The notes under the pieces: generated by a model | Told to the model about the DNA's origin: nothing | What the model saw: the letters and a program-made list of their open reading frames with translations, nothing else | Database searches by the model: none | From: Hydrolagus affinis | Lineage: Eukaryota | DNA: 64,000 nucleotides | NCBI GenBank assembly: GCA_012026655.1 | Contig: JAAILG010000480.1 | Span: forward strand, 1 to 64,000 | Direction of reading: 5' to 3' | In this document: in pieces, positions 37,329 through 51,227 of the stretch | Numbering within the stretch: position 1 is the first letter of the stretch | How the letters are laid out: every line of letters begins with the position of its first letter | Position numbers and translations under genes: made by a program

Positions 37329-38054
37329 CTTAATTCAATGAGACGCCTCAAAGCGCTTCATAGAATATATTGTAAAGTGGATTGACTTTGTATTAAGTGG
37401 GCGAAACGCTGTAGTGAATTGCGCACACCAGTCGTGGATTGAGTGACTACATTGTTTAAAAATGATCATTAACCCTGAAAAACCATCTGTCAATCAATTA
37501 AAATCTGGGTTCCTATTTACTGCTAGGTAAACAGAGTTTGAGGAAAGGAGGTGAGGGGGAAAACAAAAATTCTCAGTCACTTTTGTGTATGTTGCATGGG
37601 GATGCAGAATGCCCTGCCTTGTTTTGGTTACTCAGTGTCAGGTCTCTGCATGGGTCAGACAACTGGTCGATCAACCGACAACAACAAAAAATAGAAAAAT
37701 TAATCAAAATTCTTTCAGAAAAAATAGGGGGAGGGTGCTAAAATAATATATACAATGATTTAATAATCCCTGCATTTCATATAGAGCCTTATCACATCTT
37801 CTAGATGTCTGAAAGTGCATCAGAGTATACTGTAAAGTGAATTGACTGTATGTTTTGTGAGAGGGGCTTTCAGCTCACAAAATAGCCCACTCCATAGAGG
37901 GGCTTTAGACAGAGCTATTGCTGCTAATATTACTGGACTATTCACTCCCTCTCTGTTATTAAAAAAGCTGTTTTTCCCTTGATCATTTCCCTGCTGCTGT
38001 GGCTGCTGTTGCTGCTTCCAGCCTCCCTATGCCTTGTCATTCATTCTCCTCGCT

Positions 38055-38095
38055 GGTCGCTGATTGGCGATATGTTAAGAGTGGGAGGCCCGTGA
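38055..38095 (+). promoter_or_regulatory. Candidate TIMP3 proximal promoter (inverted CCAAT box plus GC-like box)
   Basis: ctgATTGGcg at 38060-38069 and gtgggaggc at 38081-38089, ~250 bp upstream of the ATG in repeat-free sequence. Confidence 0.4.
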
Positions 38096-38318
38096 AATCC
38101 CAGCGAGTACATAGTGACCAGTTAGACCCTCTCAGCTAGCAGAGACAGAGCAAACACATCACTGCACGCTGTTTGCACAACACTGGAGCACGCTTCCTTA
38201 TTGCGCTGTGTTTTCTTTCGAGCTTTCTGAAAACTCTTGATCTTCGAAAGACGAACAAATCCCCCCTTAACTCCCCACACCCCAAAAGTGATCTCTGAGG
38301 TGAGGTCTTTCAGAGAGA

Positions 38319-38448
38319 ATGTCGCTTTCAGTCCGAGGAGCTGTGTCCTTGTTGCTGGCTCTGAGCAGCCTAAACCTCCACGAGCAGTCAGAGGCATGCA
38401 GTTGCATGCCGAACCATCCTCAGGATGCCTTCTGCAACTCCGATATAG
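38319..38448 (+). CDS. TIMP3: TIMP3 exon 1 (signal peptide and mature N-terminus)
   Basis: MSLSVRGAVSLLLALSSLNLHEQSEA/CSCMPNHPQDAFCNSDI; donor G|gtaagg. Confidence 0.96.
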
Positions 38449-38484
38449 GTAAGGAACATCGCTTTGTAATCATAATAACAACAA

Positions 38485-38835
38485 CAATAATCCTTGCATT
38501 GATATAGCACCTCATCACATTGTTGAGACTTCTCAAGGCACTTCAGGGAATATACTGTAAAGTGAATAGACTATATTTTGAGGGCGAGCAGCCAATTGCA
38601 CACAGCAGTGTCCCACAAACAGTTGTGTATTGAAGTGATCAAATTTACTTTATTTGTTTTGGAGGGAATACTGTTGTTTTTCTTAATTTTGAAGGGATTA
38701 TTGCCCCCTGTAAAGTGATCTGTCAATTGATTAACAACCGGGTTCCTACCTACTGCTAGGTAAACACAGGCGTGTGGAGTAAGGAAACTTGCCTAAGGTT
38801 TCTCCCCACCCAGGAATCAAACCCAGGTTCCCTTG
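38485..38835 (-). mobile_element. tRNA-derived SINE at the start of TIMP3 intron 1
   Basis: Tail, body and B-box remnant of the main family. Confidence 0.8.
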
Positions 38836-39334
38836 TAGGGGCTGAGGAGTGGAAATGCTAAGCCTTGTTTAATTTCTCTGCTGAAACATCTGTTGCTTTT
38901 GACTTTAACACCAGCATCCTCAGAACAAGAACAGAGGCAGTCTCCCTCCGTTGTTATTGTCCTCCCTCTCCCACTGACCCCAATCTCCCTGCCAGACCAC
39001 TGTCAGCTTCAAGTTCTAGAACATCTGTGTGACAGCAGCTCCTACCTATGGAAAAAAAACATATTAAAAAGGGGGGCATTTTGCTTTTGTGGTTCTCCTA
39101 CACCATGTCGACCCTCAAACTGATCATGATCTCTGTGGCGTGTCAGGGGCAACAACAATTGTGGGTTATTATTGTTTCAGCAAACGTAAAGGTTAAAAAA
39201 GTTGACCTCAGATGTAAATGAGTAGCGATGCGCTAGAGATTCTCTAGAACAACACGTAGCTGGAAAACAAAATTCCTGCACTGACTGGACCAGTGGACTC
39301 TCATCACTGTGAGAAGGAAGGGAAGTGGCATAAG

Positions 39335-39672
39335 GAGTCCCATATTTTTGTGTTAAAATAACACTAAATCACAAGCAGAGGACTCAGATTCGCTTCTGAG
39401 GCGGGGTGACACCTTAGGCAAGTTTCTTTACCTGCCTCTGTTTACCCAGCAATTAGTAGGAGCCCAGTTGTTAGTCAATTAGCAGGTTGCTTTCAATGAG
39501 TAGTAATCACTCAAAAGAAAATGTGGCCACTCAATCCAAAGTTTGTGGGACACTGCCATATTTCACCCACAAATACACAGCCAATCCACTTTACAATATG
39601 TTCTGTGAAGTGCTTTGAGACATCTCTACGAGGTGATGAGGTACTATATAAAATGCACGGATTTTTCCATTA
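39335..39672 (+). mobile_element. tRNA-derived SINE, decayed
   Basis: ccttaggcaagtttctta...gcctctgtttacccagc... plus tail. Confidence 0.7.
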
Positions 39673-40069
39673 TAAGATTATGGGGAATGTGATCGTGAGT
39701 AGTGCCTTGGAATGATCAGTGGGTGAGCAGGCTGGGTTTCCTAATAACCATGTCCTGCTCCTAAATTCCCTTGCATCTGCAAAAGCAATTAAAAAAACTT
39801 CAGAAAGAATGGAAACCTTTAGCAAGCTGAAGTAGTCGAAAGTGACCATTGGCTTCGGAGATTCTGTAAAATTTGTGTGTCCCAAATATACTTTTGCTGT
39901 ACTTTGCTGTGTACAAATTGGCTGCCACATTCGCCTACAAATACGCAACCATTACACTTCACAATAAATTCTTGTGAACCACCTTGAGACATCTTGCCGG
40001 TGTGATAAGGCGCTTGCAAGCACTGTAAAACGGATGGCTTTTCTGTATGATTCAGAATGACTGTGCTCT

Positions 40070-40515
40070 ATCACTTGGCTCAGTTGGTAGCATTCCCAAC
40101 TCCGAGTCAGAATTTGTGGTTCTAGCCCCATGTCTAGTGCTTTTAGCCTGGTTTAATAATAAAGCATACTTGTGGGTGATCGTTGCATTGTTGAAGGTGA
40201 TGTCTTTTAAGTCATATGTTAAGTCAAGGTCCTGTTATTCAGATGAGAGTTAAAGATTGCTGTTTGCCTACAAAAAAGCAGACACTGGACTAAGACACTG
40301 GACGAAGACCTTTCTCTTTGACCGAGCTTTTGGTCACCTTCCTGCCCCTGCCCCTGGCTCGGTCCCAGGATCCGCTACTGTGAAGCGCTCTGAGATGCCG
40401 TCTGGCGTGGAGGGCGCTATATAAATTGAAGTTGTTTTTGTATTGTTGTTGTAAACAGTAGTTAACCGGTGAAGCGCTTTGAGACAGTTCAGCCAGATAA
40501 AATGCCATAAATATA
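40070..40515 (+). mobile_element. Old Deu-SINE with an L2 3' insert (40304-40452)
   Basis: Head tggctcagttggtagc, Deu remnants, then L2 end, then host tail resumes acagtagttaaccggtgaagcgctttgagac. Confidence 0.7.
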
Positions 40516-42529
40516 CTAGTTCTTTCCAACAAGTTTCACTGTATCCCATGCCCCATAACCTGTCCAGGATTGAGTTTCTCTATGAGTTTTTTTTCTTTCC
40601 TACTTTGGGAAAGTGTCTAGTTTATCCCAACAATAGAGAGGCAGGAAATGGACAGGATGGGAGCCTCTGTCACACTTGGATAGGCAGGCTTGGAGCAGTT
40701 TGCTTCAGGATTGGGGATTAAAAGCACAAGGTCTGAGCACAAGAGATAAAAGCAAGACGACCACATGTGGAAGAGACCACAAGTCGGGGTGCAGGAGCCC
40801 AGCGTTGATGCCAAAATGTAACTCCACTCTCCCACTCTCCTTCCTACTCTCACTACACGAGCTCCAGGTACATTTGACATGATGAGGCGCAAGGAGCCAT
40901 TATCACTCACCAGAAATCCCTTTGGAAAACTGACAACTTGTGTTGAGAAATGGTGATGAATCTTATTGTACGTTCTGGCTCTATTCATTGTGACTCTCTC
41001 CCGAATCATTCACCAAAAACCGTTTAAAGTAGCAGGTACATCACCTGCAATTGATCATTTGATGTTTTGAATGTCTGATACTCGAGAAGCTAACTGGTCC
41101 CTTAAAAATAAAATTCAAATAATATATCTGTAATTGAAATGTGAATTTTAAAAAAAGGCTCATGGAAAGGTTCATGTGCAGATCGGATATGTGGAATTTT
41201 CAATATGCTTAAGGATGATGATGGGGGTCCACAAGTGTCAAGACACTCAGCTAACCAAAAAATACTGTTAAATATAGTGACTGATTTTAAAGCCAAATAT
41301 GGCATAATTTTGCATGTAGAAAAGTTCACACAAACAGCCAAGCAACAAAGGAACAATTTATCTGGAGGTTTGCTGACCGGGAAACTGGAAGAATCTATTT
41401 TCTCATTTGGAATAGAGTCCTTATTGGGCTTCATGTTAAAGAATGTCTGAGAAGGTACAACAAGAAGTAGTGGCAGACAGTAGGAAAGGAAATCACAGGA
41501 AGATCTCAACTGAAGATGTTACTCTATGGGAATTGACAGCAATCTGTGCGCTACAACTCAGGTAACCAGATCTAGAGATAACTTGAGCAACAGGAGGTGA
41601 GCAGAAGGTGGATAAAGAGCCTGCGATCAGGAGAAAAGAAACCAGAGATCAAAGATAACCAAAGCTGAGCCACTGGAGAGGAAAGAGATATGAAGATTAG
41701 CAGATTAGAACTAAATACATCAAAATAATATAAAGACCCTTCTCTCTCACTAACACAGCACCAAGGAAAGATCAGTAATCACCTAATTTCCACTGCTTTG
41801 CCAGAATGCCTGTATTTATCTGCTCATTCTCGAGGTGAATCTATTTTTAATCAGTGGAGGCGTTGCAAATTAGTATTTACGTAATAGAACATTTTCCTCC
41901 CACTGTTGATATCCAGCAAAGCAATGGTTAGATTGAGAGTAAAGCTCACTCTGCATTGCAGACGGGTTGAATGGCTTAACCGTAGGATGAACCCCAACTT
42001 TGCAGCACACTCCCCGCACCGCATTGGAGTGTGACTATGTGAGCTCACAAAGTCAGAACCCAAATTTTGACTCAAAAGACAGAGTGCTACCAATTGAATC
42101 AGGTTGACGCACAGAGTAAAGTTTCATTTCACCCTTCACTTCCAATACAGGTGTCACAGGGGTTAACTAGAAAGTTAATCTCTCTCAAATCCATTTAACA
42201 TCTGCGTTGGGTCATTACACATTTTTGTATATTTGAATAAACAGCTAAACCGCCATTAAACCTCCACATATCTAGGAGATGTTGCCATGGTAAATGAGAA
42301 ATGCAGGGATGGACTCTGAGCTTTAGAGTATGTTTGGTTACGGGGAGGAAAATATCAATTTGACTCTTTTCAAGTTTCAGGACATTGCGTTTTCTGAAAG
42401 AGAAAAAATGCTTTTGGCTCTGAGAGACTGTGCTGATATTCCACAATGAGTGATGCCAGGATGCTCCTAAAATAACATGGGGGAATGGGGTGGGGAGACT
42501 GAGGGGGAAAGAGGGAAGTGGATTTTATA

Positions 42530-42777
42530 ATAATCATAATAACCCTTGCATTTGTCTATGTCTTATCACATAGTTCAGATGTGTCAAAAAGCGCTTCACA
42601 GATTATACTGTAAAGTGGATTGACTGCGTATTTTGTGGGGGGAAACATGGCAGGCAATTGTGCATATCAGTGTCCCACAAACAGTCATGGATTGTTTTTT
42701 GAGGAATTATTATCCCCAGAAAAGGATTCACCAATTGGCTAGCAGCCAGGTTTCTATTTACTGCTAGGTAAACAGAG
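42530..42777 (-). mobile_element. SINE, 5'-truncated
   Basis: Tail and body of the main family. Confidence 0.75.
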
Positions 42778-45275
42778 CCCAGATAAACTTCAGACAAAAG
42801 CTATATAGGGGTGGGGGAGGAAGTGGCGGAAGGGATAAGAGAAAATATGTGTGTCATTCTCCCCAAAAGCACAAACTGGTTCGATTCTCATCGGGATGGG
42901 GCAGGCGAGATCTGGAACAGACAGTGTCTCTAACACAGTGCCAGAAAGCTCAAACATTCAGGTGTCTGGCTCCGAGCACACAGCAAATTCCATCTTGTTT
43001 ATTTGTTTGACCCACATGAAGCGTGGGAATGCTGGGGCCTCAGTGAGCCCCGTGCCCTCTCAGCAGGAAATGCCATACTAATCTTGCTGTCCCTGATGCA
43101 GATGAGATCACAGTAAGTATGTGGGTTGAAAACCAGCCAGGCAGGTGCTGCCAATTTTAATCTAATCCATTTCCATTTTGAAAATAAAGGAAATTCCATC
43201 ACTCGGGCTGTTGTCACTGTGTGGTTATTGCGGGTCAGTTCACACTGTGATTAATTCATGTCAGTGTGCGGTTAACCAGCATCAATCGCATGATTAACCT
43301 GTGTATTTTAATGCATGCTAAATGTATGTCACTGCGTGATTAATGTACCGCACTGTGTTGGTATGTCAGTCACTGTGTGCTGAATGTATGTATGTCAGTC
43401 ATGCTGACTCAATGTATGTAGTTCAGTATCTCCAGATTAAGTGGCACTCATTTGTGAACGTGAAACACTTCACTTTTGTACAGTTGGTAGCTCTCTCACC
43501 TGTGGGCCAGAAAGTTGTGGGTTCGAGCTCCACACTGGGTTCTAAGCTAGTGCAGTGCTGGGAGGGTGCTGTGGTGCTGCCTTTAGGATGAGAGGTTCTG
43601 TGATCAGACTATCTTCGGTGCTGAGCATGCCCCCAAACTCCCCCAGCAGAGCTGCGGTACCTTGAAAAGCATTTCCTGTTCTAAAAGCAGATGAAAGCAT
43701 CAAGTGGGGAATGTGTGAAGGGAGGCACCTGTCAGGCAGTCAGCACAGATCTAAAGGATTAGCACTTTGTCGGACATATTGTATAACAGCCCTGCTCTGC
43801 TGTGCTGCCACATATCCGATTATCAGGGGACTGAGGGTTTCTAGGATAAGTATGGACAGACAAGATAGACAGACACAGAGATGATCTGAGACTGTGCTGG
43901 GCATGATGTCTCTTGAGCTGCTAGCACCCTCTCAATGTCACACCAAGCAAAGAACACAGTCAATGATGGGTGATAGCCAGTAACAGCAAGGTTTTGTTGC
44001 AGGCTTAGAATGGAATTTGCTATTGGAAAAATGTATAGAATGAAAACTTCACTGCAGTTTGCATTGACTGATCAGCGCCTACTGTGGTTTTGATTGTAAC
44101 ATTGCAGGTTTAAGTATTCAGGGGTGTTTACCCTTTTAGAAGCTGGGGGAAGCTTCGTAGACCAGGTCCTTCAGTGTCAGAGTGGGCGTGTTGAGAGTCC
44201 GCAAGGGGCAAGAGCTGAGAGTGCAGCAGACTCTGTATTTGAGGGCGGAATGGCCTTTCTCACTTGCTGCTTTCTTATGTTCAAACCTATCCTCCACAAA
44301 CTATGGAGAACACAGAGAGAACAGAGGAGAGACGTGTGAAGAATTTACAATAACATTTTGTGAATTGGTACCAGGGGGGCATTCCCCGCACCTTGGTTTT
44401 CTTTCAACTCCTGTCCTTGTAGACACTTTCTCTCATTGAAAGACCTCTATTCCCGAGGTTCCCCGTGCCATGGGCCATTCGTGTCATGGAATTCTCCCAT
44501 TCTCCAAAGCACCGCTGGACATATAGAGTGGAACCAAGGGGTTAAGAGGTGCCAAGTCACCAGTCCCTGCCTCAGTAAAGCGAAAAAGGAGGGCAGTAGG
44601 ATTGAATTGATCTCTTGCTCTGTGAGGCCGGTGTGGACCTGATGGGCTGAATGGCCTCCTTCTGCGAACATATATTTCTATGATAATCTCCTCCATGGGG
44701 CACAAGTACAGAAAGTGAGCTGGCATTATAGTAGACATCTCATTCAGAGAGAAGCCAGCTCCATTGGCCCAATGGCCATTACTTATTGTTTGCTATGAAC
44801 CTGTGGGGAGGCAACTAGATGGGAAAGGGGGAGATGAGGAAGTCTTTTCTCCCCATTGTCTCTTAGTACTTGGGAGTTACTTTCTGCAATGTTCACTTAG
44901 TTGTGACAGGCACTAGGATGGGAAAGACATCCTCTAAAGTTATGATACCTTCAGCTCCTAACCACATGAAAGTGCCGCTAGACATTATTTATAAAGCATC
45001 GTGCGGTCTCACAGTTATATTTAGGGCTGGCTCCAATAAATCGGATGTCTCACCACCCCTTCCCTCTCCCTAGCCCATCCCGAATATAATTATAACATAA
45101 TAATCCTTGCATTTGACACAGAGCCTTATCAAGTCTTTGAGACATCGCAAAGTGCTTCACAGAACATAATGTAAAGTGAATTGACTGCGTATTTTGTAGG
45201 CAAAATGTGTCGACCGTTATATTGTATGTATTGAGGCAAGTCTAGCTATTAGGGTCAGCTATTCAACAATCTGTC

Positions 45276-45375
45276 NNNNNNNNNNNNNNNNNNNNNNNNN
45301 NNNNNNNNNNNNNNNNNNNNNNNNNNNNNNNNNNNNNNNNNNNNNNNNNNNNNNNNNNNNNNNNNNNNNNNNNNN
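45276..45375. other. Assembly gap (100 N) in TIMP3 intron 1
   Basis: Run of exactly 100 N, typical of a gap of unknown size. Confidence 0.99.
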
Positions 45376-45827
45376 TATTATGCACCATGTATAAACCATG
45401 TGTAAACACATGCACACAGGGAACAAATTATACTGCAACAAATCACTTTCATCAAAGTCTTCTGGTCTGCACACCACCCAAACAAACACAGTACACCTCT
45501 GTACTGCGTGTTCCCTGACTTTGTGTTACCTTGTATTCCATGAGCTTTCACTGTTATTACAGAGGCGGATTTTTTCTGATCGATGAAATTCCCTAAGTAA
45601 AGGAATAATGTGACACCCCTTGATTCCACCTGACAGTCTCTGATACTTTTTAAATTCCACCCCAACTCTTGCCTGTAATTCGCACTAATCTGCGTTTTTA
45701 GTTAAGGAAGAGGCCGAGTTCAAAACAATAAAATTACATTTATAGAGTGTCTTTCATGTCGGAAGGACATCTCAAGACGCAGAACAGTGAAGGTGAGGGG
45801 TAGATAACTGGTCAGAGGTGTTCACTG

Positions 45828-46185
45828 TGGAATAGTGTAGCATAGTGGTTAGCACACTCGCCTTGCAAGCGAGAGGACCCTGGTATATTTCCCAAGCAAG
45901 GCAAAACCGTAGGCAAGTATCTTTACTCCATACGCTTCTGTTTACTTAGCTGTAAGTAAGAATTTTGGATGTTAATCAATTGGTGGATCTCTTGTGGGGG
46001 GGTTAATAATCCCTTCAAACCGAAAAATAATTATAATTTGGCCACTCAATCCATGACTGCTGTGTGCAATTGGCTACCACATTGCACCCATATAGTCAAT
46101 GTCAATTGTGGTATATTACGTGAAGCACTTTGAGCTGTATTGAAGACCTGATAAGGCTACATCAAATGCAAGGGTTCTTAATATT
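45828..46185 (+). mobile_element. Full-length tRNA-derived SINE
   Basis: Head gtagcatagtggttagcacactcgccttgcaagcgagagg, body and tail. Confidence 0.8.
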
Positions 46186-47974
46186 ATATTATCCTCTTCT
46201 TCACTGCTCGGAGAACACAAGTAAAATTGAGCAGTGAAACATTACATAAACCACTCGGATGAGCCCAGGCACCGGCTTATGGAAGATGGCCAGCTGGATT
46301 TATAGTGGAGTATTAGTATGGGGCAGCGTGGACTCACGCCCTTACCATATATAGCCTTGTGGAGAAAGAGAGAGCGAGAGAGCCGGCGAGCAATGGAGTG
46401 AGCAGAGAAGGTGCCAATAAAGGCATATTACTCATCGGGTGAATAGCATACATGCTTGCAGTGCAGAACTAATAGCCCTGTGCCCTGCTATCTGGCTGAG
46501 CCCGTCTGAACGGGGAGAGAAGTTGACTGGAGATGGCACCTCTGAAGTTCTGTTCAACCACAAGCCAGTTGTGTTTGTTACAAGGTTCATTAGACTTTGA
46601 AAATTGTGTATGTGGGCTGAATGCTGTGGTTTGAGCCTCTCAAAGAGCTGCGGTTACAAATCCCACACAGTATTGTTTACCAAAAAGGCTTTTCTAATTG
46701 CCTGCTTGTACATCGAGCCATTGACAATATGGAGTAGGTGATACGCAGGCAACCTCTCATTTGTTCACTGCTCACTCGCTTTCTCACTCACCACCATCAT
46801 TCAGCCCGTCCTTTCTTTCAACGTTTCTTTTTTGCCTAGTGACATAGCAAGCACTGAGCACATTGAGGTGAACAGGCACCATCTTGTTGGCCTGGCTAGA
46901 AAGTACCTGCATTGCACCATCAGCACACTGCCACTCTGTGTCGGAGGTTAGGAGCTGGGCTGGAGACAGGAACTGAAGCTTGGAACAAAGGCGAGGAATT
47001 TTTTTTCAGGTCAGCCGAATGTCTGACACATGCAGAAACCTATCACCACGCTTTAGAGTATCCGAACCAAAGTTCATGAGAATTTCATGCATCCCACTCA
47101 CACATGGAAATAACAGAGATAGATTGCTGGAATGGAATGCCCATTCTCTCCCTGATTTCCAAATTTGGGAAAGTACTAGGCGCAGATTAGAGACCCCAAA
47201 GTATGCTAGAGTCTAACCACATGGATTGCCATTGATATTGCTTTCCCGTGACTTGTCTAAATAGGACCACCCTACCCTTTACGGCTTTGACTTGCAGGGT
47301 GAACAGGAGCTGAGTGGGAGGATTACCTGCCCCCACTGACTGGTCTACTCTTCTGAGTTCTTCTGACTGGCTGTGTTGTCATCAACAGCGCCCTGGAGTA
47401 CAGCTAGGGAAAGGGGCTGGTCTGAAGTCAGGGACTGGATTGTGAGTCAAACCAGACCACCTTCATGATCACTCCAGCCACCGACCTTGCCCAGTGTGCT
47501 GCGGAATTCATCTGTTTACATCAATTATTTTCAACCACTGGAACCTTAACTTCCAGTTGAAAGAAAACAAAACAAAGAAGTTAAACACACTGAACATGAG
47601 ACTGCTCTTAATAGATAAGCTCAAAGCTACCCTGTATGACAAGTCAAGGAGAAACAATTTAAATTGATGTGTTTTTTTCCCCTGTCATTCTTGCTCCATC
47701 TGGCGTGACAGTTCCAACTCAGTCACGCTAATGCTATCTATCTATGCTGGGTTGCCGGTTGGCTGGTGAGGAACAAGAGCCCCTTGATTTTGCTGCAGAC
47801 TAAACAAGATGAAGCTCCAGTCATGATCTGTAAGCCAACCTAACACCTGGACATTGGAACTGAGGGCTCATTGCCATTTAGGACTTTGGCACAGTTAATG
47901 TAGTTTGAATCTTTGTTACTGTGTCTAAATTACAGAGGGATTGAAGAGAGAGAGAGAGAGCATGAGACAGAGAA

Positions 47975-48180
47975 CACCAACAACAAATTAAATTTATATA
48001 ACGCCTTTCTCACATCAGGAGGAGGCCTCAAGGAGCTGAATAGTCAAGGATTTTCACCCGAGCTGGGGGTTGGGATCGGTAGGACAGGATGAAAGGTAGG
48101 GTGGGTGGTGGTAGGTGGGTGACCAAAGGTGCAATCAAAGAGGAGGCTCTTGAGACGGCTTTGAAGGAGGTGAGGGAGCG
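47975..48180 (-). mobile_element. L2 3' fragment
   Basis: Reverse of ccttcaaagccgtctcaagagcctcctctttg...gtgagaaaggcgttatataaa. Confidence 0.7.
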
Positions 48181-48914
48181 AGCATGTACGAAGTAAAGGA
48201 TGAACACACAATCAAAGATGAAAGAAAGCTCACATTGATCACTGAAAGAGCTTATGTTGTACTAGAAAATCTGCAGCCAATGTTACATCTGATGTGTCGT
48301 CTTCTTGTATAAGTGCCGGTTTGGTCCTAGGGTAGGGAAGGTGTCTTTGCAAACACTATTTCAGTATAAGGTGATTTTGAAGATGCCTTTTGCATAACAC
48401 CTCTTCACTCTGGTGCAATGAGCCACTATAAAAACTTGAGTTTTCTGGAGTCTGCTCTTGCTGTGATCGTCTAATAAGGTATAAGTTGGCATTGATGCAA
48501 TCAGCAGTCTTTGTGCTGTCATTGCAACTTGTTTGTTGAAGAAAGGGGGTAGCATTGCGAGTTCCAATAAGTGTCACTGTCTGACCTAAGTGAGACACTG
48601 TGTCCTTATATATTCATTTATTATAATCTTCTGCAATTCATTAACTAGTTTCTGGTTGCAGGATTCTTTTTATTGGAAAAAAACAAAGCAAAGCAAATAT
48701 CCAGTTATATACTTTGTTCAGTCTGCGGATTGATTGCTAAAATGCTGTGACATGACAGGGTTTACATGTAGCTGTCAGCCTTCTTTCTGCTAGCAGTTTT
48801 GTGGATACACTCTTTCTTGGATGACATGCTTTATATTTCCGATTGTCTCTAACTAATGTGCATTATTTTTAATAAGGATTCATTTGCATAAGCCAAAGAT
48901 AATTGTGTGTGTAT

Positions 48915-49135
48915 AATAACAACAACAACTTGGATATATATAGTGCTCGCCAGGCTGGACGGCGTCTCAGAGCGCTATATACTGTTTGTGGGGACACTAC
49001 TGTGCGCAATTGGCTGCCCCGTTTTGCCCACAAATAGACACTCAATTCACTTTACAGTATATTCTGTGAAGCGCTTTGAGACGTCTAGAAGACGTGAAAA
49101 GAGCTATATCAAATGCAAAATTATTATTATTAGTT
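48915..49135. mobile_element. L2 tail (-) joined to a SINE 3' half (+)
   Basis: 48915-48978 is the reverse L2 end; 48981-49132 is a near-consensus SINE tail. Confidence 0.75.
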
Positions 49136-49319
49136 ATAATATTGCTTATACGGATTACAACATGTAGCACCCTCCCCAATACCCCCTACCCCCACACACA
49201 TCACTCCCCCACCACATAACACTCACACACTTGTGGCTGTCTTTTCCCTAAAGAATAGCAGTTACAACATCTGAAAGCAGAATCCTAGAAGAATCGTTAT
49301 TGCCTTGTCTCAGCGTGAG

Positions 49320-49667
49320 GTTAATAATAATAATAATATTATAATGACCCTTGTGTTTGATTATACACCCTCATCCCATCTCAAAGTGATTCACAGCATA
49401 TATTGTAAAATGGAGTGACTGCGTATTTTGTGGGTGAAACACTGCAGCCATTTGAACACCATAGTGTCTTACATACAGTGGTGGTTTCCAGGGATTATTA
49501 TCCCCGGAAAGTGATCAGAAATAGATTAACAACCGGGTTCCTACTTACTGCTGGTTAAACAACGGCATGTGGAGTAAGGAAACTTGCCTAAGGTTTTGCC
49601 CAGGAATCAAACCCTGGTCTTCTTGATTTACAAGGTGAGGCCGTTACCTACCACGCTTCAGTACTCC
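49320..49667 (-). mobile_element. Full-length tRNA-derived SINE
   Basis: Tail, body and decayed head of the main family. Confidence 0.8.
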
Positions 49668-49834
49668 TGAGGTTGGGTGGTTAGTGGAGTGAAGGTGAAG
49701 CTTAGTGGAGATTCCTGGGAAGCTCAGTGAATGTTCCCCTGATGCTATAGGCTGACAGACCTCACCTGCTTTCTCCTAACTGGTAAAGCTTGATACTACG
49801 CTAAATTACCCCCCTTTTGTTCTCTGTCTCACAG

Positions 49835-49917
49835 TGATCCGGGCCAAGGTGGTGGGGAAGAAGCTGCTGAAAGACGGTCCCTTTGGCACAATGCGTTACA
49901 CTGTCAAACAGATGAAG
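49835..49917 (+). CDS. TIMP3: TIMP3 exon 2 (83 bp)
   Basis: cacag|TG...AAG|gtaagt. [28 protein letters not shown], containing the TIMP VIRAK signature. Missed by the ORF track. Confidence 0.97.
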
Positions 49918-51115
49918 GTAAGTGGGACACCTCCAGTCTGGCTGAATCTGATTGTAAACTTAAGCTGGATCACAGAAATGTGAGATTAATACAACTGGAC
50001 TCGAAAGATACAGTCCCTTAAACTTGGTGTGCACTGTATGTGAACATTGAGACACAAGTGACACAAGACCAGGCAAGAGGAGAATAACTTGTAATTGTCT
50101 GGCGTGCACATACAGTAACTGACGCAGATAAGCTTGAGCCATACAATAGCCAGACAGTGGACACTTGTTCCCTTTTTATCCAGTGTCTATTGAGGACATA
50201 CAGTAGGTGACACTGAGATGAGATTCAGAAATAGATTAACAGCACGAGGGCAGAAAGCCTGACCGTGAATGTGAATCTGCTCTAACCCTCTCACACTGGA
50301 AGCCTTTCCTCTGGCAGGTGTACGCTCAGCTGAACTATTTTGTGCTCAAGGTTGGAAAAAAACAAAAGTGGAATGGGATTACTCTCCCAGTCCCACAAAG
50401 AGGTGTATGAAGTAAGAAGGTTCTGAAGTAAAGAATTGTACAGTGTGCCATTGAGGATCCCATTCACTTGCCTGGGACGGATGAATCTCATCCTCTTGGA
50501 AATTAGGGCTGGCAATGTGTCTGAAGGAACAAGATACAGGATTGGAGCAGAATTGACACTGGTAGGGAGTGGAAACGCCACAGGTTGGGAATGGAACACT
50601 GGTCTTAGAACAGCAGGCTGTCACTTTAGAGGAGAGGCTTGAGAGGAATGAAACAGGGTGAGCACATATACAGTGTTACAAGCTCCGATAATAGGGTCAT
50701 TCGATGCACCAAATACTCTACACAACTCCACACTGCAGCCCGCGTCAAGAGTAGGAGCCAAATACAATTGCGATTCAATTCCACATGCTTTACTTGTCTA
50801 GATCTCACTATCAAATATTGAACGGCAAAGATAAAATGTCAACCTATTGCCAGTCTTCTCCCTGTGATAGGGAGAAATGCCCACTAACAAATCCTTGAGA
50901 GCAAGGCAACTGAGTACAAGTAGGAGTATCTCCTCTTTGAAGTAGTGTGTAGAACGCAATGGCCCTGAAATCACCTGCCTTGTATGTAAGGGAAACAACT
51001 TCTCTGAGTGCATGTAGGGCTACTTCCTCTTTGAAGCACAATGTGATGGAGCTCCAAGTCAGATCATGATGTCTCTTCTTGTGGTTCACAATGGCCTCTC
51101 TCTTCACCTCTGCAG

Positions 51116-51227
51116 ATGTATCGTGGTTTCAACAAGGTGCAACAGGTCCAGTACATCTACACAGAGGCGTCAGAGAGCCTGTGCGGTGTGCGACTCGAGG
51201 TCAACAAATTCCAGTACTTGATCACAG
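51116..51227 (+). CDS. TIMP3: TIMP3 exon 3 (112 bp)
   Basis: tgcag|ATG...ACA G|gtgagg. [37 protein letters not shown]. Confidence 0.97.

Noticed and set aside
47420-47457. AP-1 TGAGTCA flanked by SMAD CAGAC boxes in TIMP3 intron 1
   Set aside because: Fits TGF-beta induction of TIMP3, but motifs this short are expected by chance in 64 kb.
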